From NCBI GenBank assembly GCA_002269645.1, contig NIVC01002018.1, positions 62,001 through 126,000 on the forward strand: a stretch of DNA of 64,000 nt. Reading direction: 5' to 3'. The notes beneath the pieces are model-generated. The model did no database searches. It was not told where the DNA came from and saw nothing but the letters and a program-made list of their open reading frames with translations. The stretch is from Macrostomum lignano (lineage: Eukaryota). Position 1 is the first letter of the stretch. Each line of letters begins with the position of its first letter. Positions 38,351 through 50,102 of the stretch are shown one piece after another. The position numbers were made by a program, and so were the translations under genes.

Positions 38351-39281
38351 AATCTTATATATCAATTCTAGATCATTGCTTAGCCTAATTGGGTTCATTG
38401 CATAACAGAACTAAGATCATTGCTTAGCGTAATTGGGATCATTTGGCATAACTAAGTTGGGATCCTTGCATACTAAATTGGGATCAAGGCAAACCAGAAT
38501 AGGATCGGATACAATCGGATCCCAATTTAGTTGTGCCATGAAAGTTAATAAGTAATAGTGAAATTAATGTAGGTAAATATTAGGTGAATATATAGCAGGT
38601 TGGCTGCATATCAATGGGCCTTGAGATTGTGGTTGAAATAACGTGTTCGCTGCTTTTTCACGATTCAGAGGTTCTTCCACTCTAAAACTGAGGGTATGCA
38701 GCCATGAGAGAGAGGTTTGAAGCAGCTTCAGCAAACCTAGAGACTTGTGATAGCTAAGCTTTTTGTGTGACGTTGAGTGTGTGAACTTAACTTGCCCCAG
38801 TGAATGCCTCTCACCAGCAGTGCAGAGTAAAGCAAGCCAACAAGCAGTAGGATTGACACCATTATTCTTGCAGTCAAATGCAATGAACTGTGCAATGATA
38901 CTGTCTTGTTGGCGGAGCCTTCTGCAAGTGCATCATGTTTACTGTTTGTGGGTAATATTTTTAGGTGCAATGCAATTTTTTCTTTTTTCATTGAACTGAA
39001 TCCCATTACTGTCCCATTACTGTCGTTTTCTGACATTACTCAGTAGTCACAACTTGTTTCTGTCCATACATGCGCAACAGTCGGCCGAGTCGGCCGATCC
39101 GACCGACCGATTTGGCGGCCAACCAAGTAAGTCGCAAAATTGATTAACCGCCAAAAAAAACGAAAAAACAAAAGACGAAAAAGGGGAAAGGAAAAGGAAA
39201 AAACGAGAAAAAGGGAGCAAAGAGAAAGAGAAAAACACAAAAAGAGTTGTAAGTGCTGTAAGTTGCAGCACTGAAGACAAG

Positions 39282-39772
39282 GTAAGTCGCACCGAGGGCG
39301 AGCTAAGTCGCACCGAGGGCAAGCTAAGTCGCAGCAGGACCGAGCTAAGTCGCATCGAGGGCGAACTAAGTCGCACCGAGCGAGAGCTAAGTCGCACTAA
39401 GGGCGAGCTAAGTCGCACCGAGGGCAAAATAAGTCGCACCGAGCGAGAGCTAAGTCGCACTAAGTCGCAGCAGGACCGAGCTAAGTCGCACCGAGGGCGA
39501 GCTAAGTCGCAGCAGGACCGAGCTAAGTCGCACCGAGGGCGAGCTAAGTCGCAGCAGGACCGAGCTAAGTCGCACCGAGGGCGAACTAAGTCGCACCGAG
39601 CGAGAGCTAAGTCGCACTAAGTCGCAGCAGGACCAAGCTAAGTCGCACCGAGGGCGAGCTAAGTCGCACCGAGCGAGAGCTAAGTCGCACCGAGGGCGAG
39701 CTAAGTCGCAGCAGGACCGAGTAAGTCGCAGCAGGGCCGAGGTAAGTCGCAGCAGGACTGAGTTAAGTCGCA
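39282..39772. repeat. Subterminal ~21-bp array built on TAAGTCGCA in the hAT
   Basis: Over 20 copies of TAAGTCGCA, plus single copies at about 39128, 44872 and 44918. Confidence 0.85.
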
Positions 39773-40122
39773 GAGCATCTTTAGGATTATTAGGTTAGGA
39801 TTAGTTTAGGATGAATTTAATGTATCACTTACTAGGGTGTAGGCTACGTGTGCATTAACGCATCAATTTGAAAAATTAAGAATTACGAAGCCAGAAATGG
39901 CTAAGGAATAGAAATAGGGATAGAATAACTTATAAGCAGTAATTTTTCAGCCCTATTACAATTGCAAATCATACTTTTAATAATATTTAATTAGCAAATT
40001 AAAACTGCAAGATTCTAACGGTCTTATATATGAACTTAGAAGAACTGTAGTCTTAATGATTATGCATGTACCATTGTAATAATTGATTAAAATTGTAGCA
40101 GATTAAAACTGATAAAAAACTT

Positions 40123-43100
40123 TTAAAATAGTCCACTTAGCAAATCAGAATCAGAATCTTTATTTTCCTCGTCTACGTTGGATTCTTTTTGCCGTTGACC
40201 TCCAGGAGCATCAGAACGCCAGTGTTTTTTCAGCCAATCATTGACATAAATATCCGGCTTAAATTTCATCAGCGGAGGCCCATTTATTCGAATCCGTAGT
40301 AGATGCTCCAATGTTTTTGGTGCCAAGCGTGTTCTCCTGTCATAGGCAATGTGCTTATAGATAGAAAACCCTCTTTTAGCCTCAGCTGATGATATTGGCA
40401 AAGTTAACACAACCATAATTAGATTCTTTATTCTGGGCAGCCATTCAACAGTTCTTGTCTCTAGAAAGTGACTCCAAAATTTCACCGGACCTTTGCCTTT
40501 GTAGGCACAGAAGTCAACACTATGCGAAGTGATCAAACTTTTTAGGAGTAGACCGAACTGACCAGAGATTGTCCTTTCTGTAGCGCGTTCTGAAGCATCT
40601 GCATCTCTAGAGTCTGAATCAGAAAGATGGTCCTCTGTTTCAGATTCAGAGCTGTCATCTTCCATTCCAAACCGTCTAGCAAGAGGTATGATTCTCGAAC
40701 TGTATGTAAAGACAGTATGTAATGTTTCAGCATTAGGCAATAACACTGGGTTGAGCACATTAAATATTGAGTAGTCATCCTCAGGAAAATAATTACGCAG
40801 CTGATCAATTATGCTATCAATGATTCGACTGCGAATCTCATCCAGTGCTGGATAAGCTCCCATGTCAACAACACTGCCACGTCCACTAGCATCAAATAAT
40901 CTATTTCTTAGAGATCTGTCTGCAGCAGAACCTGGTTGCTTCAACTCAAACCTCTCTGTTGGATCGCTGCTTCCAGGGCCGGAAGGACAAGCAAAGTTAG
41001 AATAAGATAGGTCTCTTGTGTGACATCCTGAATGGTATTCCAGCTGCGGATATCCATCTGCAGTTCCCAAAACTCGACGACACTTGCAGGAAGCCAAAAA
41101 GTCCACAATGCGAGGACCATTGTTCGTTTTTAAGGTTTCTAGTGAATGGATAAGGTTAGTGTGGCGTTCTTGCAAGCCAATAAATGTACCCTTGGCTCTT
41201 TGAAACTGCAAGGACTCAAATTCCAGTAATTTTAGAATGTCCATGAGAAATAGATGTAATGAATAATACCGGACATTTTGCAATGTTTTCAATAATCCAG
41301 AGGCAGTTGCTTTACTTTCGTCATCAAAGCCTGAGGAAGGTGATTTGATATTTTCTAAATTTGTCAGAAGCAAGTAGTATGACTTTCGAATCACATCAAG
41401 AGCAGACACTTCCGATGCAACCCACCTGATACGATATATTCTTTTTAATTCATAGAAAACCAAGTTGAGTGCTTCCGAAGTTTGTGCCAAAGATGCCTTA
41501 CGTTTAACAGCGTGGCTCATATAAAATTTGTGTAGAGAATTTATATTCTTATCGAGATGTTGCATAAATGGGAAGATTTCAAAGGCATGATAGATTGAAA
41601 GTTCTAACTTATGCGCTGCACAATGGTGCTGAAAAAATTGTTTGCTAGCCCAAGGCCTCAGTTGACTTATTAATCCCACTCGACTTCCTGTCATTACGGA
41701 TGCACCATCAGTTGTCACCCCCCATAGCCTTCGTTTGATTTCATCTTCTAGCTTGTCATCCGAAAATAAACGGATGAGAAGTTCATAAATGCTTCGTCCA
41801 GTCTCTACTTCAGTCAGACGTTTAAACCGATAAAAAAACATCAAAGGTTGGCTGTTTTCAAGAACTCTGAAGTATATCATGACGTAGCTGTTTGAATGAA
41901 TATCAGACGTTGTATCTAGTACAATAGAAATCGGAAGGTTGTCAGCACTTTTAATGTAATTCACAAATGTCCGATGCATTGTATTACTGATTGATTCCAC
42001 CATTGCTGCGGCACTTTTGCGATGCTTATGATGGCTCCCCATATCCAACCCATTTTTTACTTGTAAATCAATCATATTTGGATGAGCACTGAATGGAATA
42101 TTAGATTTGACTTCGGCGAAAAAACTGTTGTCAAAACTCGGGCTGTTATTTCATCTCGTTTAGTTTTAGCTAGTCTAGCGGCCTCATTCATCTGTTTGAG
42201 TTGCTTTGCAAGAACTGAAGTATGTTTTTCCTTCATCCACTTTATGGCGTCACTGTGAAGTGTATTTGATGAATGTTCCTGTAGTTTTCTTCGTACGCTA
42301 TCTTTTGCATGACCTTTGGGAATGTAGCCTTGTTCTGTTGCAAAAGTTAACTTACGTTGGCTCTCTAGATTTGTCTCCTTTTTCTTATGTGCATTCAAAA
42401 ATTTTCTGCAGATCCGACATTGTATTCCAGATCTTGATAGATCTTCGGTGTTTTGAACATATTGAAACCATGTCTTCATTTCTTGTGACACAAATTTTCT
42501 TGAAAATGATCTGCAATGGTCAAATTAGAGAATATTTTGGGATTTGGACTATTTGTGAGTATCTAAAAGCAATATGCTAATAAGTGCAATACACAATACA
42601 CTATACATTAATTTACAGTTCGTCAGTTTCCATTTACTTACTGTGACTGGTGCATCTCCAAAGAATGTAACCACTCCTCTCGAAAACCAGATGTATCCTC
42701 CCAGTCCTTTTTAGGGAAAACTTCAATATTTTCGCCCATCATAGAGGAAGACGAGGGCTTTGATGCTGAAGTGGCTAGACATGCGTCTGCAGATGTGCTT
42801 ATGCATGGTATTTTTCTTTGCGATGGCCCTGCTTCTGCAGTATTTACTTGTACTATTTCAACATCACCTGAACCCCTTGAGTCGCTCGAATCTAAATCAA
42901 CAATAGGACTTTGGCAAAGTGATCGTTTCGTTGATTGTCTTTGAATATTTACTTGCCTAATAATTTCCACTTGTAGTTTGCTTGTTTGCTGGTCATTCTC
43001 CAACAACTCTCTTCTTTCCTGTACATTTGCAGCAGAGCAAAAATTAGAAGTTTCTGCAGCAGCAGTTTGAACAGCATGATCTCGATTAGCTGCTATTTGC

Positions 43101-44229
43101 TCTGAAAATTCATAGGACCTGGCCAATTCACTACGGTGTGAGCTTTCAGAACATGGAGCTGGAGCAGGAGCTAGTCGCATTTCGATTCTTTCTGTTGCTG
43201 ATGAAGCAGATGCTAATGCTGAGTCTGCCAATGTACATGCTTCTCTTGAAGGTGTATTTATGATGGCTTCAATATTGTCCTCTAAAATCCAATGAGCACC
43301 TGAGCAGTCATTTTATCTACCTGGAGTCAACTGTCCAAGTTTCCACCTTGTAAAAAGCAAAGGCTTTCGTAACTCACTGCTGGATTCAGGGCACCGGTTT
43401 ATTGAATAGTCCTCATGACCAAGTTCATCCCATTCTCTTGCTGGCTTTAAGATGTAGTTGGGCTTGTCTTTTAGCCTACGATAAATGGACTCAAAAATGT
43501 GCACCTGTTATTGTTCCTAATAATTTCAGCTAATGAGTTATCAATGATAATTTTATCTTCATAAACAGGTCTTCTTTGTGTTGCATGCATTTTAGCTAGT
43601 CGCAGTTTTCCAATGCTACTGGCAGTTGTGGAACTTGAACTGTCCGATTCTGATCTAGAAAAGTCTCGTTGATACAAGAGAATAATGGCCATAGCACTTT
43701 TACCATTCCCATTCTTTAATGCATTTGGTTCTGTTGGAATTGTCTTACTAGCAGACTTGAAAAAATCAATGATGGATGACTGCGATGATCTACTAGGAGC
43801 GGAACTTGGCAGCCCATGTCTAGTTTTTCCCTGATACCCAATAGATGTATCGGTAAAAAACATATCTGCTGCTTCCTGCTTCCCTTTTGATGCAATAACA
43901 AAGAAACTGCTGTCCGTTTTGAAGCCCGAGGACCGATAGAAGTCAGCAGAAAATGAAACCACAGGTCGTCTAAAATCGCCGCTATATTCTTGAACTCCAA
44001 TCAGAAGAAAATCATGGAGTCTCACTGGCACTGATCCTAATAGCATTGCAGTTGTAGAACAAACTTTCTTTAGCTCAATGAACTCTGAAAATTCTTGAGA
44101 TCCAATATTAGGCTCATCAGTATTTAACTCATTTATAACAATTGAGCACTCACTCTCAGCTAGAATACCATTGATAGCTAGGATGCCACTTAGAATCAGT
44201 AGGCAAAGACAACTAAGGCTGTACATCAT
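40123..44229 (-). pseudogene. Disrupted hAT transposase gene (ZNF862/KIAA1586-like) with an N-terminal signal-peptide/lamin-tail-like module
   Basis: Core motifs IVLDTTSD, TTDGASVM, CAAHKLEL, RWVA, and dimerization region FWSHF...SSAEAKRGFS. Intron 42511-42641 (GTAAGT...TTGCAG) joins the upstream ORFs in phase. Lesions: frameshift near 43504, TAA at 43313-43315, frameshift in a T-run near 42120, and K at the usual catalytic E (40375-40377). Confidence 0.8.
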
Positions 44230-46234
44230 TCTGTGAAAGATTAAGTCGAGTATATGATTTTGGTGATAAAATAAAATTGATTTATGAGTATTACTATATA
44301 AATAAAACATTTAAAAGCCCTTACCTTTACCAATTCATGTACAGAAAGTAAGTGTAAATACAACCAATTGCCTTGGTAGTTTAGTTATATGCTCGTATCA
44401 GATGCAGGCAGACAGCATAGGCTGCCAAGGTGCTATAAGTTAAGGTTAACTTTCACTATTTGGCTTTACAGACTGCTTTTATCGCTGCATGCATTGACTT
44501 AGCCTTAGCTTGTGCCATCATACTCATACAGCTATATATACATATGTATCTCTGCCACTCCCCACTTTTGCAACCTTACACTGTACAATCATGCCTAAAA
44601 CACTCCGTGTCAAGTGTACTGTTCTAGTGCCACATGGGGTACAAATACGATAAGGAATGACAAGAGTCAAAACCATACATGCACAATAGTTGGCCGATAT
44701 GGACGACTGATTTGGCGGCCAACCAAGGTAAGTTGCAAAAATGCCCACCCAAATAAATACCAAAGTAGTATTAAGTAGCTGACGAAGCATTTTGCCTTAA
44801 TAAAGACAGTCATAGTTACTCCTGCCGTTTCGCCAAAGTTGCGTTAATTTTGCTTTCAGGTTTTTTCATGTAAGTCGCATTTTTGGCCGAAAACTACGTC
44901 GCATTTTTGTTAAAACTAAGTCGCACGGCCGACCAAATTTTGGAGGTTGCGCATGTATGTTTCTGTCGAAAAAATAATTTAACAAACGAAAGAGGAAAAT
45001 CGCTGAATTCTCTACATTTGGAGTTTGTTTTCTTATAATGTCATAATGATATGTATTTGTATAATAATAATTTTGCCAGATGCTCACTCAATTGTTGTTG
45101 TTTTGTTGTTTTCAATGTGTTTTGCAATTGAAGAAATACAAAAAATGTTTCAGTGGACAAAGACCAGTCCCATGATTCATGAATCTGCACACCTGGTACC
45201 TGCCTTATTCTATTTTAAAAGATAAATTGTCAGGCATGCATTTATAATGAAGAATGATACAAAATGGATTACTAAGAAAAGAGGTCAGATGAGAAATAGG
45301 ATCTGATCAGAACTGGAATCATTAAGAAAAAGAAAGGAGATTAGAAATTGATCCATTGATATTTAATTAGCCATTGATATGGATGAGGGTGAGCTAACCA
45401 TTTTGAACTATCAAAATGGATCTAATTTGAAATAGACTTTTATGTCATATAGGATTTGATTCAAAATAAGATTTGACAATGTGAATGAGGCATATAAGAA
45501 AAGAGAAGTCTGCTGAGGAGTGTGACTAGAAAAGAAAGGGGGAATTTAGCATGATAATATATATCATATATCATGCCTATATATAGCCAATGTTAGCTTT
45601 ATTAAAAGTGTCAAACCAAAGGTCGAAGGATGTAGCTCCAGTTGCTTTTGCAAAGTCCATTCACAATGAGATAGCTGCATTGAACTGACTCTTTAAGTCA
45701 TTTATTATAATAAGAGGGGCCTCATTCAAGGGCAATAGTTGCAATGCTGAGCTACTTATTGTTCGGAACATTGCAGTCGCAGTTAGTACGATGAGCAGGG
45801 CTAAGAAATTCACTTACAAATGAAGAAAGTAAAAAATTTTTCGGGATGTGTATAAAACTGTAGTACACATGAGCAATACAAGCAACAAGAAAATCGGAAT
45901 AAAGCAAGTCATTTCTCGGAAAGTCGCAATTTCTTGGAATATTATTTAATTTATTTTCAGTAACAACTAAAAAAGTGATCTCAACAGTTTTATAAACTAA
46001 ATAAATAAAATAATTTTTATCAAACACGTTGACATATACAGGGCTCTAAACTAAAAAACTGTAAAAAGTTGATAGTTTTGTTTTACCTAAAATGCATTAT
46101 TAACGATCTCCAAAAATTCCTATTTTAAGCTTAAGCTTAAGAAAGACACTTAAAGTACTCCTGCTAAAAGGTATATTATATTAGACGAATATTAATTATT
46201 TCTGCTCCCCGAAGGGGGGCAAAACTTTAGCTAG

Positions 46235-49200
46235 TCCTATATACTAAAAATGAAAATCTTGTTTGTGCGCAATCGATTTTAGCAAAAATGGCTCATCCGA
46301 TTTTGTTCAAACTTGCACCATTCGATCAGAAATTTTTCCGTGACTGTACATGTATCTTGGCTAAGAAATTGCTAAATGCTAAAGGCATTAAATATTCGAA
46401 AAACATGCTTTTTTGCAAAGGTCAAGCAAACTTTTTGACTTGAAATGCATTGTAAGAATGCTAGAGAAAAAACTGACTGGTTGATTCTGACTCTGAAATA
46501 GATTGCATCATAACTGAATTGTAACTCCGACTTGAATTGAAAATGCAGAGTGGAAGCGTAGCACCAGACTTGATTTAAATTGCGTAACCATATTGTTAAC
46601 TGATACTGACTGACTGAGAAACTGATTATGTCATAACTGCTTCGTGTGATTTACTCTATGCTTGGATTTTAAAGTGTTGAATTATATAAGTGCAAAATTT
46701 GATGTTATCAAAACGATGAGAGCTAGCCTAGAGGTGAACAAACTGAACTGCCAAATGCAGCGACGATGGTTCGAATTTTCATAGAGTATAATTTTTTTAA
46801 TTAAAGCTTTTCATCGTCAGGAAAACTAAAAGACTTTTTAAAAAGAAGCGTCATGTAAAAATCATAGAAGCTTCATTTAAAAAATCATAGAAGCGTCATG
46901 TAAACAATCATAGAAGCGTCATGTAAACAATCATGGAAGCGTCATGTAAAAAATCATCGAAGCGTCATATAAAAATCATAGATGCGTCATTTAAAAAATC
47001 ATAAAAGCGTCATATAAAAATAATAAAGGGGCATATAAAATATCATAGAAGCGTCATGTAAACAATCATAGAAGCGTCATATAAAAATCATAGAAGCGTC
47101 ATGTAAAAATCATAGAAGCGTCATGTAAACAATCATAGAAGCGTTTTTTTAAAAAATCATAGAAGCGTCATGTAAACAATCATAGAAGCGTCATGTAAAA
47201 AATCATAGAAGCCTCATGTAAAAAATCGTACAAGCGTCATTTAAAAATCATAGAAGCGTCATGTAAACAATCATAGAAGCGTCATGTAAACAATCATAGA
47301 AGCGTCATGTAAACAATCATAGAAGCGTCATGTAAAATATCATAGAAGCGTCATTGAAAAAATCATAGAAGCGTCAAGTAAAAAATCATAGAAGCGTCAT
47401 GTAAAAAATCGTAGAAGCGTCATGAAAAAAATCGTAGAAGCGTCATGTCAAAATCATAGAAGCGTCATGTAAACAATCATAGAAGCGTCATGTAAACAAT
47501 CATAGAAGCGTTTTTTTTAAAATCATAGAAGCGCCATGTAAACAATCATAGAAGCGTCATGTAAAAAATCATAGAAGCCTCATGTAAAAAATCATAGAAG
47601 CGTCATGTAAACAATCATAGAAGCGTCATGTAAAAAATCATAGAAGCCTCATGTAAAAAATCATAGAAGCGTCATGTAAACAATCATAGAAGCGTCATGT
47701 AAACAATCATAGAAGCGTCATGTAAACAATCAAAGAAGCGTCATGTAAACAATCATAAAAGCGTCATGTAAAAATCATAGAAGCGTAATTTAAAAAATCA
47801 TAGAAGCGTCATGTAAAAAATCATAGAAGCGTCATGTAAAAAATCGTAGAAGCGTCATGTAAAAAATCGTAGAAGCGTCATGTAAGAATCATAGAAGCGT
47901 CATGTAATGAATCATAGAAGCGTCATGTAAACAATCATAGAAGCGTCATGTAAAAAATCATAGAAGCCTCATGTAAAAAATCGTACAAGCGTCATTTAAA
48001 AATCATAGAAGCGTCCTGTAAAGAATCATAGAAGCGTCATGTAAACAATCATAGAAGCGTCATGTAAACAATCATAGAAGCGTCATGTAAACAATCATAG
48101 AAGCGTCATGTAAACAATCATGGAAGCGTCATGTAAAAAATCATAGAAGCCTCATGTAAAAAATCATAGAAGCGTCATGTAAACAATCATAGAAGCGTCA
48201 TGTAAACAATCATAGAAGCGTCATGTAAACAATCAAAGAAGCGTCATGTAAACAATCATAAAAGCGTCATGTAAAAATCATAGAAGCGTAATTTAAAAAA
48301 TCATAGAAGCGTCATGTAAAAAATCGTAGAAGCGTCATGTAAAAATCATAGAAGCGTCATGTAAACAATCATAGAAGCGTCATGTAAACAATCATAGAAG
48401 CGTCATGTAAAAAATCATAGAAGCCTCATGTAAAAAATCGTACAAGCGTCATTTAAAAATCATAGAAGCGTCATGTAAACAATCATAGAAGCGTCATGTA
48501 AACAATCATAGAAGCGTCATGTAAAAATCATAGAAGCGTCATGTAAACAATCATAGAAGCGTCATGTAAACAATCATAGAAGCGTCATGTAAAAAATCAT
48601 AGAAGCGTCATTTGAAAATCATAGAAGCGTTATTTAAAAAATCATAGAAGCGTTATTTAAAAAAATCATAGAAGCGTCATGTAAACAATCATACAAACGT
48701 CATGTAAACAATCATAGAAGCGTCATGTAAAAAATCATGGAAGCGTCATGTAAAAAATCATAGAAGCGTCATATAAAAAGCATAGAAGCGTCATGTAAAC
48801 AATCATAGAAGCGTCATGTAAAAAATCATGGAAGCGTCATGTAAAAAATCATAAAAGCGTCATGTAAAAATCATAGAAGCGTCATATAAAAAGCATAGAA
48901 GCGTCATGTAAACAATCATAGAAGCGTCATGTAAAAAAATCATAGGAGCGTCATGAAAAAATCATAGAAGCCTCATTTAAAAACTAATGAAAGTGTCATT
49001 TAAAAAATTAAGAAGCATCATGGTAGAATAAAAGAAGCGTCATGTCAGACATGAAGGGTGTCATGTAAAAATTAAATGCAGCTATAATGCTGTGCTGGGG
49101 AGAAAAACTGAGACGTAAAGGCTCTCAGAGAATAACTGATCAGAGAATAACTGAGATTACGGAGGGGGGGGGGTTTCTGAGATGTCAAAGCAAAAGTCAG

Positions 49201-50034
49201 AAGCTACTTCAAAGTTCATGTACTTTACTCAATTTTTTATTGCATTCTTTGTTGGCTCGCCACGGGGGGCGCTGATAGAAGAAGAGTCATGTAAAAAATA
49301 AAAGTAGCACTATGTATACATAAAAGAAAAGTCATGTCGAAGTTAAAAGATTCATTTGGGAATTGCTACGATGTCAAAGCTTGGTGGAAATCGTTATAGT
49401 GCTGTGATTCTTAAAGAAGGAATCACTAAAATTTCAAGGCTTAGGGGAGAAGAATTGCTGAGATTTCAAGGCTTTAGGTTGGGTTAAAGTTAGGTTTAGG
49501 TCAGGTTTGGGTTGAGGGTTATATTTTATCGGGTTTCAAGGTTAACAGGGGATTTTTTAGATTTCAAGGTTAATGGGTGCCATCGCTGACATGTCAAGGC
49601 TTACAAGAAGCTTCATGTCGAAGTTAAGAGATTCATTTGGGAATCCCTACGATGTCGAGGCTTGCAGGGAATCGCTATAATGCTGTAGTAGTGCTATAAT
49701 GACTCTTAGAGAGAATTACTGAAATTTCAATGCTTTAGGGTTAGGGTTAGGGTTAGGGTTAGGGTTAGGGTTAGGGTTAGGGTTAGGGTTAGGCTAGGGT
49801 TAGGGTTAGAAGGTTGACAGATATTTTTAGATTTCCAAGGCTTATTGGGGGCATTGCTGAGATGTCAAGGGGGGAAGTTGATATGTTAAAGCTTGTGGGG
49901 GGGGGAATTACTGACATGTCAAGGCTTACAAGGTTTGACAGGAGATTTTTTAAGATTTCAAGGATACATGTAGCTTATTAAAAAAACGTGTATTGCATTT
50001 CTTTGGCTCCCCAACGGGGGGCGTAGATTGCTAG
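46235..50034 (+). mobile_element. Non-autonomous Helitron G (sister of B1)
   Basis: 5' TCCTATATACTAAAAATG after F's CTAG; 3' GCTCCCC-AAC-GGGGGGC + GTAGATTG + CTAG. Contains a 23-bp array at 46845-48975 and a TTAGGG tract at 49735-49809. Confidence 0.88.
49735..49809 (+). repeat. Interstitial (TTAGGG)n tract inside G
   Basis: Nine perfect units at 49735-49788, then imperfect units. Confidence 0.95.
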
Positions 50035-50102
50035 TCTATACTAAAAACGATAAAGGCAGAGCCATAAATACAAGCTCCTAGAACAAAAAAGGTCATGGCC
50101 TA

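Larger units (their letters stand above)
39065..44959 (-). mobile_element. Complete hAT-superfamily DNA transposon, 5895 bp
   Basis: Perfect 14-bp TIRs CATACATGCGCAAC (39065-39078) and GTTGCGCATGTATG (44946-44959). Perfect 8-bp TSD TTTCTGTC (39057-39064 and 44960-44967). Confidence 0.95.
28913..46234 (+). mobile_element. Autonomous Helitron F (about 11.4 kb without the nested hAT); 3' boundary inferred
   Basis: 5' TCTAATATACTAAAAATG directly after E's CTAG, followed by the RepHel gene. The first family-type terminus downstream is GCTCCCC-GAA-GGGGGGC + AAAACTTTAG + CTAG at 46204-46234. Confidence 0.7.
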
